Notes under the pieces: generated by a model | What the model was told of the DNA's origin: nothing | Database searches by the model: none | Seen by the model: only the letters and a program-made list of their open reading frames with translations | Origin: Octopus vulgaris | Taxonomy: Eukaryota | Length of the DNA: 64,000 bases | NCBI GenBank assembly: GCA_951406725.2 | Contig: OX597819.1 | Coordinates: 64,356,001-64,420,000 of the forward strand | Direction: 5' to 3' | Translations under genes and position numbers: made by a program | In this document: piece by piece, positions 28,670 to 42,387 of the stretch | Layout: the number at the start of each line of letters is the position of its first letter | Position numbering within the stretch: the stretch's first letter is position 1

Positions 28670-29009
28670 TCGAAGTGTACAGTATTATATATCCATTTCG
28701 GCTGATCTCAGTAATCGGTTTCACTCTAGGGATTCAAGGGAGTGTTAACAGTTTGACTATGTAACCCTAGAGAGGAGTCGCTATGTTTCATTCCGTAAGG
28801 GTTACTTCTGATGAGCGCAAGGTGACATGCTCTAACTTTTGTCGACATTCTGTTGAATGTGTAGCACAAGACCAATTGCTAAGTTCGACCGTAATGGATA
28901 TATTATAGAGTACACTTCGATTATTATATCCGCTCTATTGACAGATATACGAGTGCATTTCTTCTGGATTCTTTGACGAATTACACACGCACACACACAC
29001 ACACACACA

Positions 29010-29387
29010 TCTATTATATAAAATCCGTTCTGTCTCTCTGCGCGTGTGTCTTCTAGGATCTCGGGCATCCTCCATCCGACTGCGCTGAAATTTGACATGT
29101 AGATACCGACGGTATCTGGGCGTGTATAAGTCTTGAAAAAATTACAAAAATCGATTGCAGGTGAGAATGCGATAGAGCCCTGGGAACATGCATTTGTAAA
29201 ATCGTTTACCATGGAATAGAAAAAAGACTATCTTTATTTCTTATTTTGTTGGTGTCTCAAATTTAGGTTAAATCAGTGTTTCTCAAAGAGGAGCCCTATG
29301 GGACGGTCGGACAAGTTGTTTTGAGAAAATTTGGTTTAAATGTTTGACAACTAAGTACTGTCAATTGGACGGGGGACGTTTTGCTTG
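29010..29387 (+). mobile_element. non-autonomous Helitron-like element
   Basis: 5' TC(tattatataaaa), 3' small hairpin (gtcaattggac) then CTTG, inserted between A and T with no TSD; second copy at about 41955-42326. Confidence 0.65.
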
Positions 29388-29418
<31 letters not shown>

Positions 29419-30190
29419 GGATAAATAGAAAGGCTAATATCTTCTTGTGTAGCCCTAGGCGAGCCAAAATATTGCGAGTGGTTTGGTGGACGGAAACTGA
29501 AAGATACTCGTCGTATATACATATATATATGTTACATATGCCTGTGCTTGTCAAGTCTGTAAGTGCGAAGGTTTCTCTGCGCATTGTGTGTGCGCATATG
29601 CTAGTACTTAGGTCGATTAATCATCTCAAGGTGGTGCCCCAGCATGACCATCATCTGTCTATGTATATACGTCGTTCATATTCCTGTTATCACCGTAATT
29701 GCCCTAAGCCTTAATCTCTTAATGACTTGCTGCGTGAAAAATACATTAGATACCGAAAGCATTTCCTCTGTACTAGGCCTGTCTGCTGTCTGTTTTTTAC
29801 CCGCAGCCATCCACATGCTTAGACCTGAATTCGTCATCTCTGATGTGAGGAATTAGACATTCCCAGCTGTTGCGATTAGAAGCGTGACTGCATAACAATC
29901 CGTGATATGTAATTCAGGCAGCATTAAATCTGTCAACACTTACTAGCCTATAAATCGTATATATACATAAATCACGATGCATAGAAGGCTATTTTAATAT
30001 ACATTGACTACCCTATCTTAACTGCAAATTATGCATTGGTAAAAAGGAAACAAACTTGGGAGAACGAAACAAGCTTGGACAAAGAAATGTTTTTTGCACG
30101 ACCATAGTATAAATTGTGAACTACACGTACAACTGTGACAGATGAATTTAACCTTATGAGGAAAGGATCTTCTAAAATTTTTTTTTTTTT

Positions 30191-30425
30191 TCTTTTACTT
30201 CTTTCAGTTATTTGACTGCGGCCATGCCGAAGCACCGCTTTTAGTTGAATCAACTCGACCCCAGGACTTATTCTTTTGTAAGCCTTGTACTTATTCTGTC
30301 GGTCTCTTTTCCCGAATCGCTAAGTTACGGGGACGTAAACACACCAGCATCGGTTGTCAAGCGATGCTGGTGTGACAAACAGATACACAACATACACGCA
30401 CAACATACACACACACTCACGCACG

Positions 30426-30461
<36 letters not shown>

Positions 30462-30476
30462 CATATACATATATAT

Positions 30477-30546
<70 letters not shown>

Positions 30547-30700
30547 GACGGACTTCTTTCAGTTTTCGTGCACCAAATCCACTCACAAGGCTTTGGTCGG
30601 CCCGATGCTATAGTAGAAGACACTTGCCCAATGTGCCACGCAGAGGGAATAAACCCGCAATCATGTCTTTGGTGAGCAAGCTACTTACCACACAGCCACT
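30191..30700 (-). mobile_element. SINE family A copy
   Basis: Homologous to 1-374 and 47251-47715. Confidence 0.85.
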
Positions 30701-31258
30701 TCTGGAAAAAATGCGGAAAAAGATATACGTGAAATGAATTCGAAACCTAACGGATCGGCAACTTAGGAATATTTTATTTCTGTCGATGATGATTTATAAT
30801 CTCAGATGCAATTTTATTGACGCAATCTGTTACTGACCGCAAATCAAAATAACTAGCGATGTCATAATCATGGAGATATTTGAAAACTTGATTTCGGAAT
30901 ATTTTAAATTCAAAGATATAATTTTTTGTAAAATGTCTCTTCGATGAGAAAAAAAAGATACCAAGATTTATACGTGTATGACCGCACGCAAATCGATACA
31001 CGTGCACGAATACATGCTGGTACCTACTTTGATACTACTTTCTATATATGCATCATTAAACATTAAACTGAAGCATTACCAGCTTTTTTTTAAATTTTTG
31101 CTGTTGGTTATTGTTAATAAATTTAATCAGGAAAAGGTCAACAATGATTCTTATGTTCGGTTTGCTGTTTCCATAAGAAGAAAATCTAAGGTCAATGTCA
31201 AACATTTAACTCGTATATATATATATATATATAATATAATATAATATAACGGTAAACG

Positions 31259-31540
31259 TCGCCCTTTTCAAGCTTAGCCAAGCTCATGGGCCCGGTTTCC
31301 CGGTTTCTGTTGCCTATGTGTTCCACCCAACTGGACGGGACGCCAGCCCATCGGAGCGTTACTCAAGAAACAGGAAGCGAGAGTGAGAGAAAGTTGTGTC
31401 GAAAGAGTACAACAGGGGTCGACCCCCCCCCCCTGCAGGAGCATCGTGGAGTTTTTAGGTGTTTTCGCTAAATAAACACACACAAAACCCGATCTGAGAA
31501 TCAGAACCACGATCTTCCGACCGCGAGTCCGCTGCCCTCC
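31259..31540 (-). mobile_element. SINE family C
   Basis: Reverse-complement homolog of 6530-6790. Confidence 0.75.
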
Positions 31541-31563
31541 ACACACACACACACACACACACT

Positions 31564-31645
<82 letters not shown>

Positions 31646-32190
31646 CATATATGCGCTTGTGTTTGTATGTAATTTCTTAGGGAAAAAAGGCTGTAGTGTT
31701 TATCTATATTTAATATATTTTATTACATGAAATGTTCTCGTCTTACGTAATTTTGCATATGTTTCTGTATGTTGAATATGAAATATGAGCATACGAACGC
31801 ATACTAGATTTTTGGGCAGTAAAATAAGGTCGACAATGCAACACAATAAATCCATTATCAGATGGCTAAATGACACGTAAAACGTTGTTCCCATCCTTTA
31901 TCAGCATTCAGTGTGGGCACAAGTTTCAAACAAGATCGTATGCAAAAGCACGTGAATGTCCTTCCGATTGTTTATTTTATATAAGTCTCTCAAGATGGAT
32001 ACAGATATTGAGGTGTGCAAGAATTACAGCACAGGTAACAAGATTTTAACACTAGATTTACATGATATGGAAGGCAACGAGAAAATTTTGGTATGTAAAC
32101 TTGATCTGTACATTCGATAATTCGTAAGAAAAAAAGATGACTGCATACTGATATGAATATAATGCGATATAATATTAGTGAACACGCAAA

Positions 32191-32800
32191 GCGGCGAGCT
32201 GGTACAATCGCTAGCTCGCCGAGCGAAATGCGTAGTTGTATTTCGTCTGCCGTTAGGTTCTGCGTTCAATTTCCGCCGAGGTCGACTTTGCCTTTCATCC
32301 TTTCGGGTTCAATAAATTAAGTACCAGTTACGTACTGGGGTCAATATAATCGACTTGGCCCCTTCCCCCAAAATTTTTAAGGCCTTGCACTCAGAGTAGA
32401 AATAACTATTTAAGGCGGCGAGCAGACAGAAACGTTAGCACGCCGGGCGAAATGCGTAGCCGTATTTCGTCTGCCGTTACGGTCTGTGTTCAAATTCCAC
32501 CGAAATCGAAAGAAATTGGTATTTCGTTTGCCTCTACGTTCTGAGTTCAAATTCTGCCGAGGTCGACTTTGCCTTCAATCCTTTCGGGGTCGATTAAATA
32601 AGTACCAGTTACGCACTGGGGTCGATATAATCGACTTAATCCGTTTGTCTCTCCTTGTTTGTCCTCTCTTTGTTTAGCTCCTTTTGGGTAGTAAAGAAAT
32701 AGGTATTTACTGTGCTGTCACGTTCTGCATTCAAATTCCGCCGAGGTCGACTTTTCTTTTCATCCTCTCAGAGTCGATAAATTAAGTACCAGTTACGTAC
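32191..32800 (+). mobile_element. SINE family B cluster (heads at about 32191 and 32413)
   Basis: Repeated tttcgtctgccgttacgttctgagttcaaattccgccgaggtcgac modules. Confidence 0.85.
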
Positions 32801-33682
32801 GGTCGTTGACAATGTAAAGAGATTAACACATCTGTAATTAGGCCGTACGTATGTATGGTGTTGCGCATTATATCATTGATATGTATGCAAGTCATTTCTC
32901 GTATACACACAAAAGCACACACACACACACACACACTCTCACACACACACACACACACACAGAGGAAGAGCAATATATGCGAGTGTATGTGTGTATTGGT
33001 TGGGGCAGGGGCGTATCGACATCTATTTATCCAATAGTATGTATATGTATTTGCATTCATGATAGGTTCCAGGGTGGCCTCTAGCACAGTAGCAGTGTCG
33101 GAAAATTATTTATATTAAAAATTAGAATATAATGGAATGCAATTATATATTATTAATAAATCACAGTCCTACTAACATACACTTGTATTCAAATAAAAAA
33201 GGGAAACCGTAGAAATGTATTATTACGAATGTGTTATTTATATTCGCATACATATGTGTTGAAACGAATTCTCTGAACCATATTGCCTTCAATAAATATT
33301 TGTAAATGTTTCTTTGAAACCGATTGGTGTTTTTTTTATCATTTATATTTCCTTAATTTATTTAAATTATTTAATTTGTTTTTTATCTTTTCAATAGATT
33401 TTTTTTTTTAATACGAAAAAATTGTCCGTCTAAAACCAATGATTTAATAGAAGTCTAATATTATTTCTATAAAGACGTATTCTTTTATATTGTGATTTTC
33501 ATCGAAGTGAAGGAAAATTAATAGCTTTAAGGAATTCTCGACTTCTTTCTTAATCTTGAGTACGTGATGATACTGTACAAGTGTCCACTGCTTTCTTTTA
33601 TTTTTTTCCATATATCTCTATTCATTATAAAGTTACTAAGAGAAAAGTAGCATACAATTCAGTGACGTGCAATGTGTACTAT

Positions 33683-33729
<47 letters not shown>

Positions 33730-33735
33730 CGTGTG

Positions 33736-33778
<43 letters not shown>

Positions 33779-33782
33779 ATAC

Positions 33783-33835
<53 letters not shown>

Positions 33836-33961
33836 CTTACCTACATGCAAGTGATTAGATAGATATATCTGAAAGTGTAATAAATGTCTAAACCTATTAA
33901 CGTGCATATATGTGTGCCACTCTCTCTCTCTTTATCTCTCACTCTCTCTCTCTCTCTCTCT

Positions 33962-34009
<48 letters not shown>

Positions 34010-34605
34010 AGAGAGAGAGAGAGAGAGAGAGATGCACCATCTACATATATCTATAAAAACCTACATGCACAGAAACGCATTTACACACATATACGCCCAT
34101 ACATATATACATATATACATATATAAGCATGTTTGTGTATATTATTTTTGTTTGTGCTTACAGAAAATATTTCCTATTATAAAAATGTCACTTTGCAGAA
34201 ATATATATATGTAAAAAATTTATCACATACACACATTTGTATCAAAAAATTATATGCTGTTTTCAACAACTTATCCGTATTTTATTTAGACAATAATCAC
34301 GTATATATGCGTGAGCATGAACATAAAAACTGTATGCCTGAAAAAAAAAATTAATAATAAAACGAACGTAAGAAATTTTACAATGATTTTGTCGTAAGTG
34401 GACAGCCAGAAATAATTTCATCAGATATTCCTAATTCACATTCGAAAGTAAGATAAAATTTAGACGTATGTGAGAGGATACTTTTACTTTTCTTTTTATT
34501 TTCATCCCGCCGCACACAACCCTATGCAGACATCTGTGTACAAATATGCAGACTCTTCGTCCTCATTATTAGTCCTCATTTTTTCCAGCGTTGTCTTTTC
34601 GAAGA

Positions 34606-34680
<75 letters not shown>

Positions 34681-34739
34681 GAGAATGAGATAACAAAGCC
34701 AAGACTGTGCGTAGTTTTCAGGACATTTATAGTGAAATA

Positions 34740-34787
34740 GTCTTACAGCTGTTTCTGGGATGTTATGGATATCGCTTCATCAGAGAC
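34740..34787 (-). ncRNA. minimal hammerhead ribozyme motif (stem II partly mutated)
   Basis: Reverse strand reads gtct-CTGATGA-agcgatatccataacatccca-GAAAC-agct-GTA-agac; stem I gtct/agac is intact. Confidence 0.7.
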
Positions 34788-35205
34788 GGTGTGAGAAAAC
34801 ATTTGAGTTCGAAATATAAGAATGTGATAGGGAATATAGAAGGAAATAAGAGAATGAATGTAGAAATAAGACATATAACATATTGTAGTTGCAGTTCCGT
34901 TATTTGGGGGAAATGGTGTATATAAATGGTAAAAACGTTTCCTGTACATGGTATGTAAGTTCCAACAGCAGTTCATGTTTAGTCATTTCAAAATACGGAG
35001 CCGTGGAATCAGCGTTGCTCGCTCGAAATGTTTTTGTGAAGTCAGAACAAAACATATCCTCTACAGGAAACTTTTTACCACTTCCACACACCATTTTCCT
35101 TGAATAATGACTTATCTTATTTCTACTTTCATACTCTTATTTCCCTCTATAATCCCTATCGCCTCTTTTTCCATAATAATTCGCACTCAAATGTTTTCTC
35201 ACAAA

Positions 35206-35253
35206 GTCTCTGATGAAGGGATATCCATAATATCCCAGAAACAGCTGTAATGG
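35206..35253 (+). ncRNA. minimal hammerhead ribozyme motif (stem I 3' strand mutated)
   Basis: gtct-CTGATGA-a[gggatat ccata atatccc]a-GAAA-C-agct-G-TA; perfect 7-bp stem II and palindromic ACAGCTGT helix III. Confidence 0.7.
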
Positions 35254-35307
35254 TATTTCATTATAAATATACTGAAAACTTCTCACAACCTTGGCTGTGT
35301 TATCTCA

Positions 35308-35365
<58 letters not shown>

Positions 35366-35397
35366 TTGAGTTGTGGGGTATCGCACGAGTGGGATTA

Positions 35398-37403
35398 TAT
35401 AAGAAAAAAGGTTTGAAAATGCAATTTAAACGATGTTTATTTACTTAACCGGTTTCACTCTTTGGTAAAAGATTGTCAAAAGTTACATTTAAGGAAACAT
35501 TGAATAATATGGGTTCAAAAAAAGTTTTTTACATAATTGTCACATTGAATATTATGCATTCAAAAAAGTTTTTTACATAATTGTCACATTGGATATTATG
35601 GGTTCAAAAAAGTTTTTTACATAATTGTCACATTGAATATTATGCATTCAAAAAAGTTTTTTACATAATTGTCACATTGGATATTATGAATTCAAAAATG
35701 TTTTTTTATACATAATTGTCACATTATTTGGGAAAATTTGGCAGAAAAGGATAAAACAAATATATTATTGGGAATTGGTTGCGTTAATTATTGGTTGTCG
35801 CAAATTGTCACATTACATGTATATATATACAATCTTTGGTATATATATACAGCGTTTTGACAGCAAAAATTAAAATGGATTTTTTGTCCATCTCAGAATA
35901 TTTTAAGTATGTTTTTACTGACCTGTTAGTATTAGCAGAAAGGCTGAACTGAGAGAACAGAAGTAGCCAATGTGGTGTATACTTCCCCTTTATGCATGAA
36001 TGATTTTGGGGTTATCAGGAGGTTAGTATGCGGGTGTGAATAGATGTGTCCGTGCCTGCTGGTCAGACAGCGTCTGTTTGTCACACACATATATATACAC
36101 ACAAACACACACACACACAACAACACACACACACACACACATAGTATACAAACACAAACCACATACAGACAACACACACACACACAGAACACACACACCC
36201 ACACACAACGCACCCACATATATCACATATATACACAGCACACAAATATAACATGTATCTATATATAATATACACAGATATATAACACACATACACACAC
36301 ACACACACAACACACGCACACATACATACATAATATAAATATCACACAAATACACCTAGCATATATATATACACACATACAATACACACATACAGCATGT
36401 AAGTAATATACATACACAATATATGCATGCAATATACATACGCAATACATACATACAATATATATATATATAGACAATGCATATACATATATACACATAT
36501 ACATATAAATAGTGTTTACATACACATACATAGATGTACCACATATACACACAACACACATACATACAATGCATACACATACACGTACGCATACATATAA
36601 TATATATATACACACACACACACATAACATACATACACACACAATGCATACATATATATACACGCAATGCATATACATGTATTCATGCACATATAGCACA
36701 CCTACAATATACATATATACAGTGCACACATACACACAAATATATACACTTAATTGTACACGTACATATACAATACACATACATACAATATACATATACA
36801 CAATGCGCATGCAAATAATGTACATGATTATACACACACAAACATGCAAATAAATATACACACACACACATACACACACACACATATATATACACATATA
36901 TATATATATATATACACACATACATACATACATACATGCACATACATATATTTTTTCACACACATACACACACACATATATATATAAAAAATTCACCACC
37001 CCCCACACACACAAATTACAATAGGTTTGTAATTCCCAATAATATATTTGTTTTATCCTTTTCTGCCAAATTTTCCCAAATAATGTGACAATTATGTATA
37101 AAAAAACATTTTTGAATTCATAATATCCAATGTGACAATTATGTAAAAAACTTTTTTGAATGCATAATATTCAATGTGACAATTATGTAAAAAACTTTTT
37201 TGAACCCATAATATCCAATGTGACAATTATGTAAAAAACTTTTTTGAATGCATAATATTCAATGTGACAATTATGTAAAAAACTTTTTTTGAACCCATAT
37301 TATTCAATGTTTCCTTAAATGTAACTTTTGACAATCTTTTACCAAAGAGTGAAACCGGTTAAGTAAATAAACATCGTTTAAATTGCATTTTCAAACCTTT
37401 TTT

Positions 37404-37410
<7 letters not shown>
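35398..37410. mobile_element. long foldback element: ~380-bp near-perfect inverted arms with internal ~38-bp subrepeats around a degenerate (CA/TA) tract
   Basis: About 35398-35776 is the reverse complement of about 37031-37410. The arms contain repeats of ttcaaaaaagttttttacataattgtcacattg(g/a)atattatg and a degenerate hammerhead at 37324-37364. Confidence 0.85.
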
Positions 37411-37492
<82 letters not shown>

Positions 37493-37657
37493 GCAGGCTA
37501 ATACAAGACCCACATTAGTCTCCTCACTCGAATCATTATCGAACCAAGAATTTAACTACGGTCTGTCCATAGCACTTACTTAGCGTTACCTGGCACTCTT
37601 TGGGTCTTCTAGATACCAATACCTCTTGTGTATATGTATATACATACATACATACAT

Positions 37658-37700
<43 letters not shown>

Positions 37701-37842
37701 TACACACACACAAACATATAGTACTGTTATAGCTACGGAACAGAAATGCAATTCTTATGCACATGAAATTATGACGAGAAGAGTAATACTCTTTACAATA
37801 TGCCTGAATTTTTCATTTTTGCGTATGCGTATGCTGATACAT

Positions 37843-37903
<61 letters not shown>

Positions 37904-37904
37904 C

Positions 37905-38206
37905 GTGATCACCGTGACCAAACAGGCAAGCAGGCTACACATCGCTGGTCACAATGCGCTTCGCATTGTTTTAGCCTTCAAATGACGCCACCCCGCAGGC
38001 TAAGCGGGCAGGGCAATAGAAGAAAGAGTGAGAGAAAGCTGTGGCGAAAGAGTACAGCCGAGATCGCTACCCCCACTTCCAGAGCCTTGTGGAGCTTTAA
38101 GAGTTTTCGCTCAATAATCACTCACAACGCCCGATGTGGGAATCGAAACCGCGATCCTACAACCTTGAGTTCGCTGCCCTAACAACTGGGCCATTGCGCC
38201 TCCACC
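37905..38206 (-). mobile_element. SINE family C with an alternative 3' part
   Basis: Head ggtggaggcgcaatggcccagttgttagg..ggtttcgattccc on the minus strand. Confidence 0.75.
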
Positions 38207-38915
38207 TCATCCCACATTTATTTTTTATTCTTTCTTTTATTCTTTCTTTTCTTATATATATAAATATATATATATAAATTAAATAATGAGGGTAGAAATT
38301 AATATTATTAATTAACATTAATGTAAACCAGTGGCTAGCATACTAAAGGAATTTCCGGGGACTATGAATTATATTACATAAATAAGTGGAATAGCCACCA
38401 AGATGGCTACCTAATATGGTAGATGTCGCCAAATTGCTTTTACAGCGAAGATTATCTCACAAAATTTAGCAAACGCCAGAATGTATGCGAGGAAGACAAA
38501 TGAAAGGAGACAAAATAGAGCAATTACCATCACACCCTAAGATTTCGCTATTAACGATCACTAACGCAATCATCTGTACCTCTTCAGTGAAGTCGTTTCA
38601 GGACACATAATCAGCGGAACCAGATACAAAACGTCCTCACGACAGAGAACATGCAAAAAGTTACACCAACTATGTATCGAAAATCTCTATCCAAATGTCT
38701 TCATCACGGTGCGCCAAGCCAGAGAGAACTCGGCAGTTAATAAACTTCCGCATGGCTATTTAAAAATTAAATAATGAGGGTAGAAATTAATGTTATTAAT
38801 TAAAGTTAACTTAATCCAATTATATATAAATGAAATAATTGAGATTCAGTAGAATTAGGTACTTAAACTGAGGCAATTAAAGTCCGCGTTGCTCGAAGTA
38901 GGTAAATAAAAAGCA

Positions 38916-39089
38916 AATAAGTATCAAGGGTATCTAGGTATCAGTATATTGCGGCTGTTTCAAGAGTCTCCATTTAATAGATCAATGCAAACATTACATC
39001 AATTGATGTAATGTTTGCATTGATCGATTAAATGCAGCCGCTTGAAACGTTTGTAATGCACTGACACTTGGACATCCTTGATACTTATT
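38916..39089. repeat. 174-bp imperfect palindrome with a perfect 46-bp core (38980-39025)
   Basis: gatcaatgcaaacattacatcaa|ttgatgtaatgtttgcattgatc; outer arms aataagtatcaagg / ccttgatacttatt. Confidence 0.9.
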
Positions 39090-39667
39090 ACCTTTCGTAA
39101 TATGTTTTCAACTCAGTTCTCAGTCATATCTGGCCTATTTTCTATTTTCGCCTCTTTTCCTCGCGCTTTCAAAATTTTGGTCATCCCTGACTCAGGATCT
39201 ATATAGTGAGACCTGGTACGTTAGCCAACCTGTTGCGACTTTTCACACCTGGATTATGTTAACAATTTTCTGTATCTTCTCCGCTTTTCTAGGATACGAT
39301 CTTTCGCTCTACGCGCCGCCCAACTGATACGTATCATTCGCGTGTCACACGTCAATTTAATCGCTCAGAGCAGCTTACTCTTAACTGATACATTATTTAT
39401 ATTTCGTTACTACAATTTGTCTTTCTTCATATTTTATATTAATTTACGCTTTCTTTCGTTATATATCTCTCGAAGGCCTGTCATAAACTCATGAATTTAC
39501 ATATAACCATTGACTTTTAATTTTTATATTTTTTATAATCTTCCATACGAGTTTTTCAATTCTATGTTTTGAACATATATCCATAGGTTTCCTCGAAGAC
39601 AATTATTTCCTAGTCTCTATCTTTAACTAACCTCTAGCCTCTAGATTAGCATATATCACAACACCGT

Positions 39668-39713
<46 letters not shown>

Positions 39714-40554
39714 TATATGAACCAGTAAGTATTTTGAAAAGTTTATCTACAAGTCTATTAGACCATTTACTTGATTCTCCTCCAGTACAGTACTATTTTC
39801 TCTTATCATAAAGCCCCTTAGTTATTTTTAACTCTTACCTTATTAATTTTCTAGTCACAATACGAAGCACCATCATTATAAATATGTCTAATGTCTTCTT
39901 TCTTCCATTTACGTTAATGTAAATAGCTCCCCTCTAGTTTTTATTGCTAAAGTGGTTTTATTTTTTGAATTGGAAGTCTCATTGAATGCAATTACCATAT
40001 ATTCACCCTCAGTCATGTGTCACACAGCTTATTATTAAACCAGTCTCACCGTTATACATATCACCAAGTTGCTTTTAAAATTTCAGAGACTGTGGAACAT
40101 TAATTCTTCCATCAGCACTTGGGCACTTACAGCAATCTGTGATTGTCACATTATATACATCTCTTACATGCGCGCACACACACGTACAAAGAGCGAGAGA
40201 GAGAGAGAGAGTGAGTGGGGATATACATAATTATCTCTTCTCTTCACAGTAACCTTTATACAATATTCAATATTGCCTTGTCAGCATTTCAAGCATTTAT
40301 TCCTTCATCACCAACAACCTTCCCATTCTAAAAAGAGAGAGTCCAAATTTATATTTTGGGCCGTATGTACTTTCCTCACCATTATGACTTTTCGACTCAT
40401 AATTTATTTCAAATACCACTAAAATAGGGTATTTATTGTTGTAGCTTTCCGTTTTTAACAACCGAAAATTTTCTATTATCCAAATCAAATTATTTACATC
40501 CCCACACGATAGCTGAAATAACTACGAAGCGATTTTAATAATAAATGCTTGCTT

Positions 40555-41525
40555 ATTGATCGTTCTTTAACCTATTCTTCAAATATTTTATTATAATTTT
40601 ACAAGAGATAATATTAATAATTTCAAGGCGGCCAGGCTTGCAGTGTGGGGTTTTAGGTGGCCAGATGTTAGGCGTGATGTCACGGCAGAAATTATCAGAC
40701 ATCCTTGACTGGTTTTCCTGCTTGTGTGGCACGGTGCAGAGTTCTGTTGCTAGGTATAGTGTCTTCCAGCAGGCACCCTCTTGACCTAGGGCAACATGAT
40801 CTACTGCAGGCACTTCATACAGACTTCCGTGTTGAACCTGTTCTCATGCTGGAAGCTGAATGGGTGTATAACGTCACCATCACTAGTGATCGCTCCATAC
40901 AAAATAATGTTGATTTGACTGGATATTTGATTTTTATCACTGTCGGTAAATGTTTTGGAGATACAGCAATTCAACGGTTGTTATGTGTGATCCTGGCAGA
41001 AAAGCATATTCGATAAAAGGGGTTGATTGAGATTGTTCAAAAGCTTCGTAGGGCGGTATTTCCTCTAGTTCTTGATGGTTTGGGATAAAATTTGGGCCCC
41101 TCTCATCTTTTATGAGGAATACAGAATACACTACCTGCCTGATAAGTTCCTCAGACACTCCATGTCCCGGAAAAGGGACCACATTGACTTGGATGAAGAA
41201 TGGTCTGGATCTCGCCCACAGATTCTTGAGTTCTTTTCTTATCGTAATCACAATTGGACTCATCCAGCTCTTTCCGAATCCTCTGCACTCTCTCCAGATT
41301 CACACCCAAACACTCTGAAATGTTCGTATTGAAACTTTCGGCACGAATGCCAAGCAGTTCAGCATGTCGTTTCCAAATTTCTGGCAGACTGAATTGGGTC
41401 ATGCTGTTTTTCTCACAAGCTGTGCCCAACTGATCCTACTATACTCTGTAGTAGTCTACAAAATAAAAAAAACAATCTGCATGCGCCAAATTAAGAAGAT
41501 GAAATAGCGACAAATTACCTATCAC
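40555..41525 (-). mobile_element. second decayed DD37D/maT-like transposon
   Basis: N-terminal WKRHAELLGIRAES..ISECL..RIRKEL and a NIWPPKTP motif; similar to the 3270-4482 element. Confidence 0.65.
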
Positions 41526-41954
41526 ATATATATATATATATATATGTGTGTGGGGGGGGGTGAGAGTGTGTTGAGTGTGTGTGTGTGTATGAATGTATAT
41601 ATATATGCAGTGGTATTTGTTAATCATTGATAATTTTTGGCAAATTTTCGAAGAAACGCCGGCATTATATTACTTGCCGAGAAAAGACCGCTCTTGCGCG
41701 GTTGATTTCAAAACTTATAATATATAAAAACGAGGCATATACTGCATTGCCACGTATTTATATGATGATCTTAGTGTACCTGCTGAGGAAAGCTCCGCGT
41801 AGCATATTATTTTATTTGCAAATTTAGAGCAAGTAACCATGGTCCAGGCGATAGATGGTAAATGTTATTATATTTTATTCCATTCGAAATTTATTCCTAA
41901 TAATGCTTTCGATTTGGCTACTCCTTCTAGCGTGTTAGGTGTCCTATGATGGTC

Positions 41955-42325
41955 ACCGTTCTGTCTGTGTATGTGTCTTCTAGGATCTCGGGTATCCTCC
42001 ATCCGATTGCGCTCAAATTTGATGTGTAGATACCGACGATATCAGGGCGTGTATTAATCTTGAAAAAGTGACAAAAATCGATTGCAGGTGAGAATGCGAT
42101 CGATAAAGTCGTGGGGAAGTGTATTTGTAAACTCATTTTTCTTGGAAATGGAAAAATATCTATCTTTATTTCTTCTTTTGGTGGTGTCTCAAACTTAGGT
42201 TAAATTAGTGTTTCTCAAACGGGAGGACTATGGGGCGATCGGACAAGTTGTTTTGAGAAAATTTGGTTTAAATGTTTGACAACTCCTCACCGTCCATTGG
42301 ACGTGGGGGGGGGGGCGTTTTGCTC

Positions 42326-42326
<1 letters not shown>
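41955..42326 (+). mobile_element. non-autonomous Helitron-like element, 5'-truncated copy
   Basis: High similarity to 29025-29387; hairpin cgtccattggacg precedes the CTCG end. Confidence 0.65.

Positions 42327-42387
<61 letters not shown>

Larger units (their letters stand above)
34682..35311. mobile_element. foldback Penelope-like element (inverted pLTR pair), hammerhead motif in each arm
   Basis: Imperfect inverted repeat, about 34682-34946 vs 35062-35311, between (TA)n tracts. The + frame reads AVESALLARN..NISSTGNFLPL, reminiscent of Penelope ORF C-termini. Confidence 0.7.

Noticed and set aside
28690-28835. ctgatgag at about 28808 and a gaaaccg-containing stem on the minus strand as hammerheads
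   Set aside because: The first has no GAAA partner and the second has too many core mismatches.
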